The translations under genes and the position numbers were made by a program. Of a stretch of 64,000 bases of DNA, positions 52,615-61,798 are shown piece after piece. The notes beneath the pieces are model-generated. The model searched no databases and was not told where the DNA came from. It saw only the letters and a program-made list of their open reading frames with translations. Source of the stretch: an uncultured Spirochaetota bacterium (GTDB lineage Bacteria > Spirochaetota > Brevinematia > Brevinematales > JAOACQ01); the NCBI GenBank assembly GCA_963796325.1, contig CAWCLF010000001.1:1461800-1525799 (forward strand). The letters run 5' to 3'. Numbering within the stretch: position 1 is the stretch's first letter; each line of letters begins with the position of its first letter.

Positions 52615-54210
52615 CCCCGTGTGTTAGGATAGTTGTCGCCTAAAATATTAGGAGACAAAAAATGAAAAGTCAATTTCATTCAGAAGAATTCAGGAGAACT
52701 ATCGTTCAAAAGATGTGTATTCCCGGCGGGAAAACAGTAACAGAATTAAGTCAGGAAATAGGAGTGAGTGATCAGACCCTTTACAATTGGAGGAAAATGA
52801 TCCAGAATAATGTATCCAGAGGATACCAGGAGAGAAGTCCGAGAGGTTGGAAACTATCTGAAAAGTATCAGGCGGTGATAGATTCAGCCAATCAATCGGG
52901 AGAAGAGTTGGGACAGTGGCTAAGGAAAAACGGACTTCAGACAACGCATATCGAGCTCTGGAAACAGGAGTGTAAATCAGTGTTATCTAATAATGAAGCC
53001 AGGGATGAAATCAAGCAATTGAAAATAAAAATAGCCGAGTTAGAAAAGGAAATTAATCGTAAGGATAAAACTATAGCCGAGGTTACTTCTCTGCTGGTGC
53101 TTAAAAAAAAACTGAACAAGCTATTCGGCAAAGAGGAAGATTAACTCCCATGGATATAAGGATAAATATCTGTGATTTGATAAATGAGGCAGTTATGACA
53201 GGGGCAAGCAGGGATAAGGCTTGTGAAGAATCAGGTTATGACATCAGGACCATTCAGCGCTGGGATAAAAATCTTGAAGGAGATAGGAGAAAAATACGGG
53301 AATATAAACCCAGGAATGCCCTGTCAGCAGAAGAAAGAGAGGAAATCATCTCCTGTTGCTGCTCTGAGAGGTTCATAGATATGACCCCGAATGAAATAGT
53401 ACCATTACTGGCCGAGGAAGGGGTCTATAAAGGATCAGAATCGACTTTTTATCGTGTCTTGAAGGAAAAAAATATGCTTCACCATAGATATGAAACGAAG
53501 CCGAAAACGGCAAGAAAAACCCCAAGAGAGTTGGAAGCGACAGGGCCCAACCAGGTATGGAGCTGGGATATTACCTATATATCCAGTCATATCAAGGGTA
53601 AGTACTTCTATCTCTATCTGTTTGAGGATGTCTGGAGCCGTAAGATAGTCGGCTGGAAAATGCACGAGGAGGAAAGCTCCGATCATGCCGCCAGGATTAT
53701 GGCCGAGATCGGAGAAACAATTGATTTAAAGGGCTTGTATCTACATTCAGATAACGGTTCTCCTATGAAAGGAGCAACGATGTTATCGACCTTGCAGAGG
53801 CTACAGGTTATGCCATCGTTTTCAAGGCCGAGCGTAAGTAACGATAACCCTTACTCAGAATCATTGTTTAAGACTTTAAAGTATAATGTAAAATACCCTG
53901 GCCGTTTCGAGACAATAGAAGCGGCGGAAATATGGATGCAGAATTTCGTAGACTGGTATAACAATAAGCATCTTCATTCAGGGATTGGATATGTGACCCC
54001 TGCACAGAGACATGACGGTAAAGATAAGGCAATACTCCTGATGAGAGCGAAAACTTATGATGCGGCAAAAAGCAGGCATCCTGAAAGATGGTCAGGAGAA
54101 TCTAAAAAATGGGAAAGGATAGAATCGGTATTTTTAAACCCGAGTAAGACTAACAAGGAATCGTTGATTGCGGCGTAAAATAAAAGCGACAACTCCCTTG
54201 ACAAAAACCG
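52615..54210 (+). mobile_element. IS3-family element C, copy 4 (1596 bp)
   Basis: TSD GAAC (52611-52614, 54211-54214); ORFs 52662-53144 and 53150-54178; one visible synonymous SNP versus copies 1 and 3, at about 53511. Confidence 0.95.
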
Positions 54211-54226
54211 GAACATGGAGGCTAAT

Positions 54227-54508
54227 ATGTTTCATATTCAAATCATTGGAGTTAAATTTGAAGAAAATAGTTCCGGGCATGAACATATAAAATATTATAA
54301 ATGGCTTGATACGGAAAACAAAAAAACCGGCGTTTCAATAAGAGCTAAAATGGTAGACTTTATAAATGCCAATCCAGACACTGTTTTTGTAAAAGATGAA
54401 AAAGGAAGTGTTGAAGTATTTGTAGTTGATGTGAAGCCTCCATATTTAAGAACAAAAGCCCCCGATGATGAATTTACAGATAACCTGCTTTCTTTACCAA
54501 CATTTTGA
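54227..54508 (+). CDS. DUF3892-like protein
   Basis: RBS GGAGG before ATG 54227; HEHIK...PYLRT...DNLLSLPTF. Confidence 0.7.
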   Translation: MFHIQIIGVKFEENSSGHEHIKYYKWLDTENKKTGVSIRAKMVDFINANPDTVFVKDEKGSVEVFVVDVKPPYLRTKAPDDEFTDNLLSLPTF

Positions 54509-54685
54509 TATGCTATTTGCCTGCCGGGAGAATTTCAAAGAACTTTAATGCATTTTCAATATTATGGAAATTAATCGGTTATTTAGCGAATATAGCTGCC
54601 TTCTGTCGCTGAATCCACTAAAAAATTGAAATATTCGAAATATATTTTTAAAATTAATTGCAGATAACTGCTTATTTGAGGTACC

Positions 54686-55585
54686 ATGACTGAAACCATT
54701 GAAAACAAAAAGAAAATTATTGAGAGACTTTACCAGTCGGGCGAAGAAATGATGATCCATCTGATTACCAATCAGTTTGAGTTATTGGATGAAATGGTCG
54801 GGATTACAGAGGGCGAAGATAATTTGAAGCTGGGCTGGTTTTACCGTCTAATCATTAATCTCCTGACCAGCCTGGAAATGGATGAAGAAGAGGCAAAGGT
54901 GCACTATTTTAGAATTCTGGAAAACAAATATTACCTCTCAGAAAAGATGGGCAGGGACATTGGGATACGTGTGGCGGCATTGGATTATTTTCAAAATATT
55001 ATAAAATCCCTGAAAAACCCAAAGATAATGGAGATCGCTTTTTTTGAGCAGATCCTGAAACTAAGCAAGGAAGACCCGAAAACAGGATGCTATAATTCCA
55101 ATTTCATTTCCGAATTTGTTGTTAAAGAAATAAAGAAAGCTAAAAGGCATAAGCTGAAACTGTCATTGATTATGATTGATCTTGATGACTTCAAAGATGT
55201 GAATGATAAATTCGGGCATTTAGTCGGCGATAAAGTATTGAAGGAATTCAGCCATATTTTGTCGAAGTCGGTACGTGATGAGGATATTATTGCACGTTTT
55301 GGCGGAGATGAATTTATGATCGTACTGCCGCATACAGGATGTATCGGGGCCCGTTGCCTTGCTGAAAGGATAATTGCCAGCCGCAAAAAATATTTCGAAG
55401 AAAAAAAAGAAATGAATGAAAATGTTGTTATTACTTTTTCCTGCGGAATCGCCACATACCCTAAAGATGCTTTGGATTATGAAGGTCTTGTACATATAGC
55501 CGACAATGCGCTTTACAGCGCGAAACACCTCGGCAAAAACAGGATCTTTGATAATCTGGAAAGTGAAGCCCCGATTACATGTTGA
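54686..55585 (+). CDS. Diguanylate cyclase (GGDEF)
   Basis: DPKTGCYN, DLDDFKDVNDKFGHLVGD, RDED I-site, RFGGDEF. Confidence 0.92.
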   Translation: MTETIENKKKIIERLYQSGEEMMIHLITNQFELLDEMVGITEGEDNLKLGWFYRLIINLLTSLEMDEEEAKVHYFRILENKYYLSEKMGRDIGIRVAALDYFQNIIKSLKNPKIMEIAFFEQILKLSKEDPKTGCYNSNFISEFVVKEIKKAKRHKLKLSLIMIDLDDFKDVNDKFGHLVGDKVLKEFSHILSKSVRDEDIIARFGGDEFMIVLPHTGCIGARCLAERIIASRKKYFEEKKEMNENVVITFSCGIATYPKDALDYEGLVHIADNALYSAKHLGKNRIFDNLESEAPITC

Positions 55586-56646
55586 CAGAAAAATATCGAT
55601 ATAATTTCTACCGATAGATTTTGAAAAACAGAGGGTGAGACAGCCTCCAGGTTTATCCCAGGTATTAAAAAACAAAATTTAGCCGTTGTTCTATTCAAAA
55701 TAGAGAAAATCACCAAAAACTTCACACAACCGGTTGATACTATTTCTGTTGAACCCCATCTACAGTTATGGGTGAAAATTATCTCATTTCTCTTTTTGCT
55801 CTTTTTTTTCAAAATATCTATAATATCGGAACGGTTTTTATCACCAGCAATCGATAAAGCTGTTCTTCCGTCTTTATCCTCCATATTGACATCGGCATTA
55901 GCTTCAATTAAAAGTTTAACCGCTTCCGTTTTACCATGCCTGGCCGCAATCATCAATGCTGTCAATCCGTTTCCTTTCACCGTGTTTATATCGGCCTTTG
56001 CCGTTATCAACGCTTTAACCACATCCGTATGCCCATGTTCTGACGCGATCATCAATGCTGTCTCGCCATATATATTCGCCTTGTTTACATCGGCTTTCGC
56101 ATCTATCAAAGTTTCAACTGCATCAGTTCGCCCGTAAAATGCAGCCCACATCAATGCCGTCCTTCCTTCATTATCCACCTTGTTAATGTCGGTATTTGCT
56201 TCAATCAGTATTTTAACCGCCTTTGCCTGGCTTTTATTGGCTGCATACATCAAAACTGTCAAGCCATTATTGTCTGCTGCGTTTATATCAGCCTTTCCCT
56301 TAATCAATGATTTAACAGCTTCCGCATGGCCGCTGTTAGCCGCATACATAAGGGCCGTCCTTCCTGATTTATCTGCCTTTTTTACTTCAGCCTTACCCTT
56401 GATTAAAACTTTAATCACGTCTGTGTGACCAAAGGCGGCTGCGGTCATCAAAGCCGTTATACCAAGTTTATTTGCCGCATTGACTTTGGCCTTCACATTA
56501 ATCAATGCTTTAACAGCATCCGTATGTCCATTCTCTACCGCATATGTCAAGGCCGTCCCACCGTCCTTATCCTTCACGTTGACATTGCCATGATAATCCT
56601 TGATAAATGCAGCATCACCGTTTATAGCGGCCTCAATAATATTCAT
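55513..56646 (-). CDS. Cytoplasmic ankyrin-repeat protein (about 8 repeats; C-terminal tail doubtful)
   Basis: Repeated G.TALM.AA..GH.DAVK.LI.AKADVN units. Confidence 0.85.
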   Translation of the reverse strand: MNIIEAAINGDAAFIKDYHGNVNVKDKDGGTALTYAVENGHTDAVKALINVKAKVNAANKLGITALMTAAAFGHTDVIKVLIKGKAEVKKADKSGRTALMYAANSGHAEAVKSLIKGKADINAADNNGLTVLMYAANKSQAKAVKILIEANTDINKVDNEGRTALMWAAFYGRTDAVETLIDAKADVNKANIYGETALMIASEHGHTDVVKALITAKADINTVKGNGLTALMIAARHGKTEAVKLLIEANADVNMEDKDGRTALSIAGDKNRSDIIDILKKKSKKRNEIIFTHNCRWGSTEIVSTGCVKFLVIFSILNRTTAKFCFLIPGINLEAVSPSVFQNLSVEIISIFFCQHVIGASLSRLSKILFLPRCFAL

Positions 56647-56856
56647 TTTCTAACCAGCCACAGCCTGTTTTAAGTATGTTCGATATTCAAGACTTGTATT
56701 ATAAATAACATATGGAATAATTGCCAAGGAAATAAACGCCTTTACGTCCAGAGATACCTTGATCCCAAAATAAGACCTTAATATTTGAATACATAAAAAT
56801 AATAACTGCATTATAATAAGTGATGGGAATTCAGGTAAACTTGCAGGGGTGGAATT

Positions 56857-57151
56857 ATGGCAAGCGATTACTTTGAAGAGAAAAAAGTCTGAAAAAAAAC
56901 CGGTATGTATGGAAGCAGTTTATGAGTTGAAGGAAATACAAGCCGCTTGCGAAATTTTAGATATATCCTCCATAGGATTAAAAATGAGGGTAAAGGGGTT
57001 GCTTTATAAGGATGATAAAGTTAATATTAAATTAGATAAAGAGACATTTCAGGCGGTAGTGATTAATGTTAATGGAAATATTATTGGTGTTCGATTCGAG
57101 AAATTATCGGATATTCAGTTAAACTATCTTCTGAAACTGAAGGATTTTTGA
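56857..57151 (+). pseudogene. PilZ paralog, probably frameshifted in an A-run
   Basis: ATG 56857 with RBS gives MASDYFEEK (paralog: MEYKFEEK), but the PilZ body (DISSIG) is in another frame beyond the A6 run at 56881-56886; RxxxR is degenerate. Confidence 0.55.
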
Positions 57152-57189
57152 TAGTATCAGGGCAGGATAAAAATGATAAGAATGGGCAT

Positions 57190-57378
57190 ATGCCTAAAAA
57201 AGATGCCGTAAAAAACAAGAAAAGAAAATCAATTCTTGATGATATTTTGTTTGATGTAGAAGTAAGATTGAGAGCTTATGAATTATATGTAGAAAGAAAA
57301 ATAAAAGGGACTTCAGGAGATGAACTGTCGGATTGGTTCCAAGCCGAGAAAGAACTTAAGGCGAAGTATGGGATTTGA
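57190..57378 (+). CDS. DUF2934-like protein
   Basis: VRLRAYELYVER...GDELSDWFQAEKELK. Confidence 0.75.
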   Translation: MPKKDAVKNKKRKSILDDILFDVEVRLRAYELYVERKIKGTSGDELSDWFQAEKELKAKYGI

Positions 57379-57750
57379 TTTTTATTAACCCCCCATTAAT
57401 GGCCGTCTGTAACCCTTGGTGTGTTAAAGCCCCCCTCACCCGAAGGTGAAAGGCGGCCCTAAAAAAATTACCTGCTTCCTAATCTTCTTGAAAATCAATG
57501 GCCTTCATATTCTGGAATTTAGATTTGAGCCCCTGCTTGTATCGGATACTGGAGTTTCAAGAGTAATAGAAGTGACCAAATGTCGTTATCAAAATTTCCA
57601 CTATAAAGGAATTTGGAATTACATTCTACCGTTGAATTTCAATAAAACGAGACCGCAGCATAAAATTCCCATGCATTAAGATGGTTTTGAAGAATGAAAT
57701 ATGTTTCAGGTTTCTTCTTAAAATGAAAGAAAGCTTAGGATATTGGATTT

Positions 57751-57885
57751 TCACATGTGGTATTTTGACTTGATTTCTTTTTCCGCCTGGGACCGGGCGG
57801 ACATGTAGTTTTCTTCGGCTGCTTTATCAATGCGTTCCAGAAAAAGTTCGTTTGTTCTCCTTTCAACAAGTTCACCGTTAACTAA
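57751..57885 (-). pseudogene. Third, degenerate DUF2934-like copy
   Basis: Reverse strand reads VERRTNELFLERIDKAAEENYMSARSQAEKEIKSKYHM*; no in-frame start. Confidence 0.5.
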
Positions 57886-57996
57886 ACAACACCCTTTATT
57901 GCTATTGTAAAAAAACAAAAATATCACTTTACTCTTTGACTTTAATATAAAAAAGATATATACTTAAAATACTTTAAGAATATAGAGGGCTTTTTT

Positions 57997-58884
57997 ATGG
58001 GAACAGATTTAAAGACCGTTTTTGACCGGAATAATTTAATCATAACAATGCTGAATTTTACGCCTGCCAATACCAGAACTGCTCAGGCATATAAATATTT
58101 TGTTAAGGAATACCTTTCTTTTACAGAAGAACACAGGATGGAACCCATCCAGCCGGAAACATTACTAACATACATCGATAGTTTGTGTACTGCTGGAAAA
58201 CCAGCCAGGACAATCAATGCGAAACTATCAGGGATCAAAGCCGCAATTATTTTTACTATAAAATCCCTGGGCTTACGGGCCGACCAGGAAGCGATTATTA
58301 AAACAGCATTGTATGATATTAAAGGCGTGAAAGTCGGATCGGCAGAAAAGGTCGTAAAGAAAGATCGAATGCTTTCTGAATCTGAATATACGCAGGTCAT
58401 TGCGAAGGCCTCTCAGCGGAATGCCCTATTCATTGAGTTTTTATTCCTGACCGGATGCCGGGTCTCTGAAATGGTAAATGCAAAAATACAAAATGTAAAC
58501 CTGATTAATGATATAGCTGAAATCAGGGTTTTGGGCAAAGGCGCGAAGGAACGAATTGTAAAAATTCACATCGAACTTTTAGAGAGAATTAAAAATATTT
58601 TCAATGGGGAAAACAACCTGTTTGAGACGGCTTCAGGAAAGCCCTATCAACGAGAATATGTCAGCTCTCAGATTAAAAAAACTGTACGCCGTGTACTCGC
58701 AAAAACAACATCTGCACACGATCTTAGGCATAGTTTCGCTGCCGTAATGCTCCGTAAAACCGGGAAACTAAAAGCTGTGTCCGAGTACCTGGGGCATTAT
58801 TCGACAGCTATTACAATGGATGTATGTTTGCACGAGGAATTGACTAACAATGATTTATTTGGGGGATTATATGACATTAATTGA
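57997..58884 (+). CDS. XerC/D-like tyrosine recombinase with the catalytic Tyr replaced by Cys
   Basis: TGCRVSE, GKGAKER, AHDLRHSFA, LGH...ITMDVCLH (TGT at the expected Tyr). Confidence 0.85.
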   Translation: MGTDLKTVFDRNNLIITMLNFTPANTRTAQAYKYFVKEYLSFTEEHRMEPIQPETLLTYIDSLCTAGKPARTINAKLSGIKAAIIFTIKSLGLRADQEAIIKTALYDIKGVKVGSAEKVVKKDRMLSESEYTQVIAKASQRNALFIEFLFLTGCRVSEMVNAKIQNVNLINDIAEIRVLGKGAKERIVKIHIELLERIKNIFNGENNLFETASGKPYQREYVSSQIKKTVRRVLAKTTSAHDLRHSFAAVMLRKTGKLKAVSEYLGHYSTAITMDVCLHEELTNNDLFGGLYDIN

Positions 58885-59326
58885 CGCCGCCGAAATTGGC
58901 GATGTAAAAACGGTTAGAGCCCTTGTCGTTGCCGGGACCGATATAAACGCCAGGGATAAACATGGCTGGACAGCTTTAATGATTGCTGCCGCAAATGGTC
59001 AAACAGATGTGATTAATCTTTTGATCGAGGCAGGGGCCGATGTCAATACGGTGGATGAAGACGGCGTTACAACTATAATGATCGCGACCCTCAATGGTCA
59101 TACGGATGCGATCATTGTATTGATCAAGGCTAAGGCTGATATCAATGCCGTGGATAAGCACGGCTGGACTGCTTTAATGTATGCAACCAAATATGGTGAA
59201 ACGGACGCCGTTAAAACATTGATCGAGGCCCATGCCAATGTTACCGCCAGGGATGAAAACGGCTGGACAGCTTTGGAGATAGCGGCTGAATGTGAACACC
59301 GGCACCACGTATTAAATATTGCATAA
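58871..59326 (+). CDS. Ankyrin-repeat protein (4 repeats)
   Basis: GWTALMIAAANGQTDVINLLIEAGADVN units; overlaps the recombinase stop. Confidence 0.85.
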   Translation: MTLIDAAEIGDVKTVRALVVAGTDINARDKHGWTALMIAAANGQTDVINLLIEAGADVNTVDEDGVTTIMIATLNGHTDAIIVLIKAKADINAVDKHGWTALMYATKYGETDAVKTLIEAHANVTARDENGWTALEIAAECEHRHHVLNIA

Positions 59327-59415
59327 TTTATGCACTATTACGATAGGCATAAAGCCTATTACCGTAATGAAAACCCGTTATTGAAGATCCCTTGGAGATT
59401 TATTATAAAGGGGGT

Positions 59416-60993
59416 ATGGTGAATAACGTAGCAATTCAAATATCGGAATCACAAATCAGTGCATTCGCTGAGGCATGTTATAGCGGGGATACCATTGAAG
59501 AATTGGAGAAGCGCTTAAGGCGGCCCCCGGATTACACGGATATGAGGAAGTGGAATTTATCCGAGGATGAATGGATTGCCGCAATAAGGATGGCTCTGAA
59601 ATGGATGAAAAACATTCGGATTGGAGAACTCACGGATAATTTTGACAGGTTGACTAAGAACTTAAGGGAAAGTTTTGAAAAAATCGAGGATTTAAACAAG
59701 GACCTTCTGGCCCAACTGCTGATTGATCCCCTAACAAATACTCCAAACAGGAAGAAATTCATGGACGACCTGGCCTTATGCTCCAACCCGGTCGTCATAA
59801 TATTCAACGTCGACGGTTTCCAGGAAACAAACGATTTTTACGGCACTGAAGTAGGGGATTTAATCCTCAAGGAACTGGCATGCCGGTTCAAAGGCTTAAA
59901 TCTGGGGATACCATACCGTCTTTATAAAATGCATGCGGACGAATACGCGATACTCATCGACAGGGAAGCTGAAATAAAAGAACTCGAATATTGGGGTTTA
60001 TACTTTTCCGAGGAGGTTATGGCCAATCCCATTAGCTATAGGGAAATGGAAATTTATATCAATGTCAGTGTGGGCATAGGCACGGCGAGTGGCAATATAT
60101 CTGAAACCGGGGAAATGGATATAGGAAAGAAAGCTCTTAGAAACGCCGACATGGCTTTGAAGAGAGCCAAGGTATCAAGGAAGAATTTCATTGTTTACCA
60201 GGATTTCATGGAAATCGAAAAGGAATATGAGAATAATATTTTCTGGACAAAAAAACTTAAGAACACCATTAAGGATGACCGTATCGTACCGTATTTCCAG
60301 CCCATTCTAAATAATCATACAGGTAACGTTGAGAAATACGAATGCCTTATGAGGATGATCGAAGTTAACGGGAATATACTAACACCACTTAATTTTATCA
60401 ATGCGGCCAAGAAAGCGAGGCTTTACAGGTATCTTACGAAAACGATGCTGGGAAAGTCATTCGATTTTTTCAAAGACAATGATTACGAATTCTCACTGAA
60501 TATTTCCCTGGATGACATAATGGATGAAAAAACGATCTCTTATCTCTACGAACTGCTGAAGACCCGCAAGGACACTGCCTGCAGGGTAATTTTTGAACTC
60601 CTTGAAACGGAAGACATCGAGAATTATAAAAAAGAAGTGATCGAATTCATCAATTACGTGAAAAACCAGGGATGTAAAATCGCAATTGACGATTTCGGGA
60701 CCGGGTATTCTAATTTTTCCCACCTTATCTATATGCAGATTGATTACATCAAGATCGACTCTTCCCTTATCAAAAACATCAACAGCGATAAAAGCTCTCA
60801 GATAATTACCCGGACAATCGCTAATTTCGCAAGGGAACTTGGGCTTCAGACAATCTCGGAATTCGTTCATTCAAAGGAAGTTTATGACAAATGCCTTGAG
60901 ATGGGGATCGATTACTCACAGGGATATTATCTGGGAGAACCGAAAAAGGATATAATGGGGTCAGCTTATAATTCGGAAAAAATCGTAAGCTAA
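59416..60993 (+). CDS. Degenerate GGDEF + EAL phosphodiesterase
   Basis: The GGDEF site reads HADEY; the EAL domain retains YFQPI, ECLMR, FELLE, IDDFGTGYSNF, IKID, SEFV, QGYY. Confidence 0.9.
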   Translation: MVNNVAIQISESQISAFAEACYSGDTIEELEKRLRRPPDYTDMRKWNLSEDEWIAAIRMALKWMKNIRIGELTDNFDRLTKNLRESFEKIEDLNKDLLAQLLIDPLTNTPNRKKFMDDLALCSNPVVIIFNVDGFQETNDFYGTEVGDLILKELACRFKGLNLGIPYRLYKMHADEYAILIDREAEIKELEYWGLYFSEEVMANPISYREMEIYINVSVGIGTASGNISETGEMDIGKKALRNADMALKRAKVSRKNFIVYQDFMEIEKEYENNIFWTKKLKNTIKDDRIVPYFQPILNNHTGNVEKYECLMRMIEVNGNILTPLNFINAAKKARLYRYLTKTMLGKSFDFFKDNDYEFSLNISLDDIMDEKTISYLYELLKTRKDTACRVIFELLETEDIENYKKEVIEFINYVKNQGCKIAIDDFGTGYSNFSHLIYMQIDYIKIDSSLIKNINSDKSSQIITRTIANFARELGLQTISEFVHSKEVYDKCLEMGIDYSQGYYLGEPKKDIMGSAYNSEKIVS

Positions 60994-61173
60994 GGTTTGA
61001 TAATCTGGACGGAAACCCGTGTTTTATAGCTTTACTGCTATAGTAAGTGTACGGGGAGCAGAGTGTTCTTAGGGAGTTGCGTTGGGAGTTGGTATTGTCT
61101 ATCAAAACGTGCAAAATTTTGAGGGGATGTATATAATTCTTATAACGTTGACAATGTGGGGGAGCGGTAGGGA

Positions 61174-61446
61174 ATGGATATTTTTAAAGCGGTTGAAAAG
61201 GGTTATATTAATTCAGTAATAGAATTTATTAATGACGGTTCAGATGTCAACGCGGTGGATACAAACGACAGGACGGCTTTGATATACGCAGCCGCAGAGG
61301 GTAAAACAGGTGTTGTAAAAGCATTGATCGAGGCGGGGGCAGATGTCAACGCGGTTAATAATGACGGCTGGGCGGCTTTGAGGTACGCAGCCCGATGCGG
61401 AAGTACGGTCGTGGTTAAAGCTTTGAAAGAGTCTGGGGCGAAATAG
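61174..61446 (+). CDS. Short ankyrin-repeat protein (90 aa)
   Basis: RBS GGTAGGGA; RTALIYAA...GWAALRYAA. Confidence 0.8.
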   Translation: MDIFKAVEKGYINSVIEFINDGSDVNAVDTNDRTALIYAAAEGKTGVVKALIEAGADVNAVNNDGWAALRYAARCGSTVVVKALKESGAK

Positions 61447-61798
61447 ACGGCATCTGGACCAAAGCGCCGGCTTTCAGACGTTAATCAAAAATGCACCTTG
61501 TTAAAACTAAATTTGCAATTAAAACACAGCATTCAGAATTTGAAAGTCAAAGAAGTATTGACCTTGTTAAGTTAAACAAAAAATGGACGCGGAAGGGATC
61601 ATTAACGATTTGGGGAGCCCTTATATTTAGTTATATGCCTATCAAGCTTAGTCAGGTAAACTCTATGAATTTTAGTATAATATTTGTGGTTTGGCGTTGT
61701 ACCACAACGGGCCATAATATCATAACGATTTTATACTTAATTATAAAGGGAATCATGCCTTTTAACCTGAACCATCTTGATAGGCATGAAAATAAATA

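Noticed and set aside
9473-54068. Antisense ORFs repeated inside IS copies, ankyrin genes and CLec genes
   Set aside because: They are shadows of the sense genes; their recurrence only reflects the duplicated IS.
55513-55790. C-terminal tail of the 377-aa ankyrin ORF as a separate domain
   Set aside because: It overlaps the convergent GGDEF gene end and looks like read-through after a lost stop.
5414-58884. One of the tyrosine recombinases being an integron integrase
   Set aside because: None shows a recognisable IntI-specific insertion and none is adjacent to the attC-like cluster.
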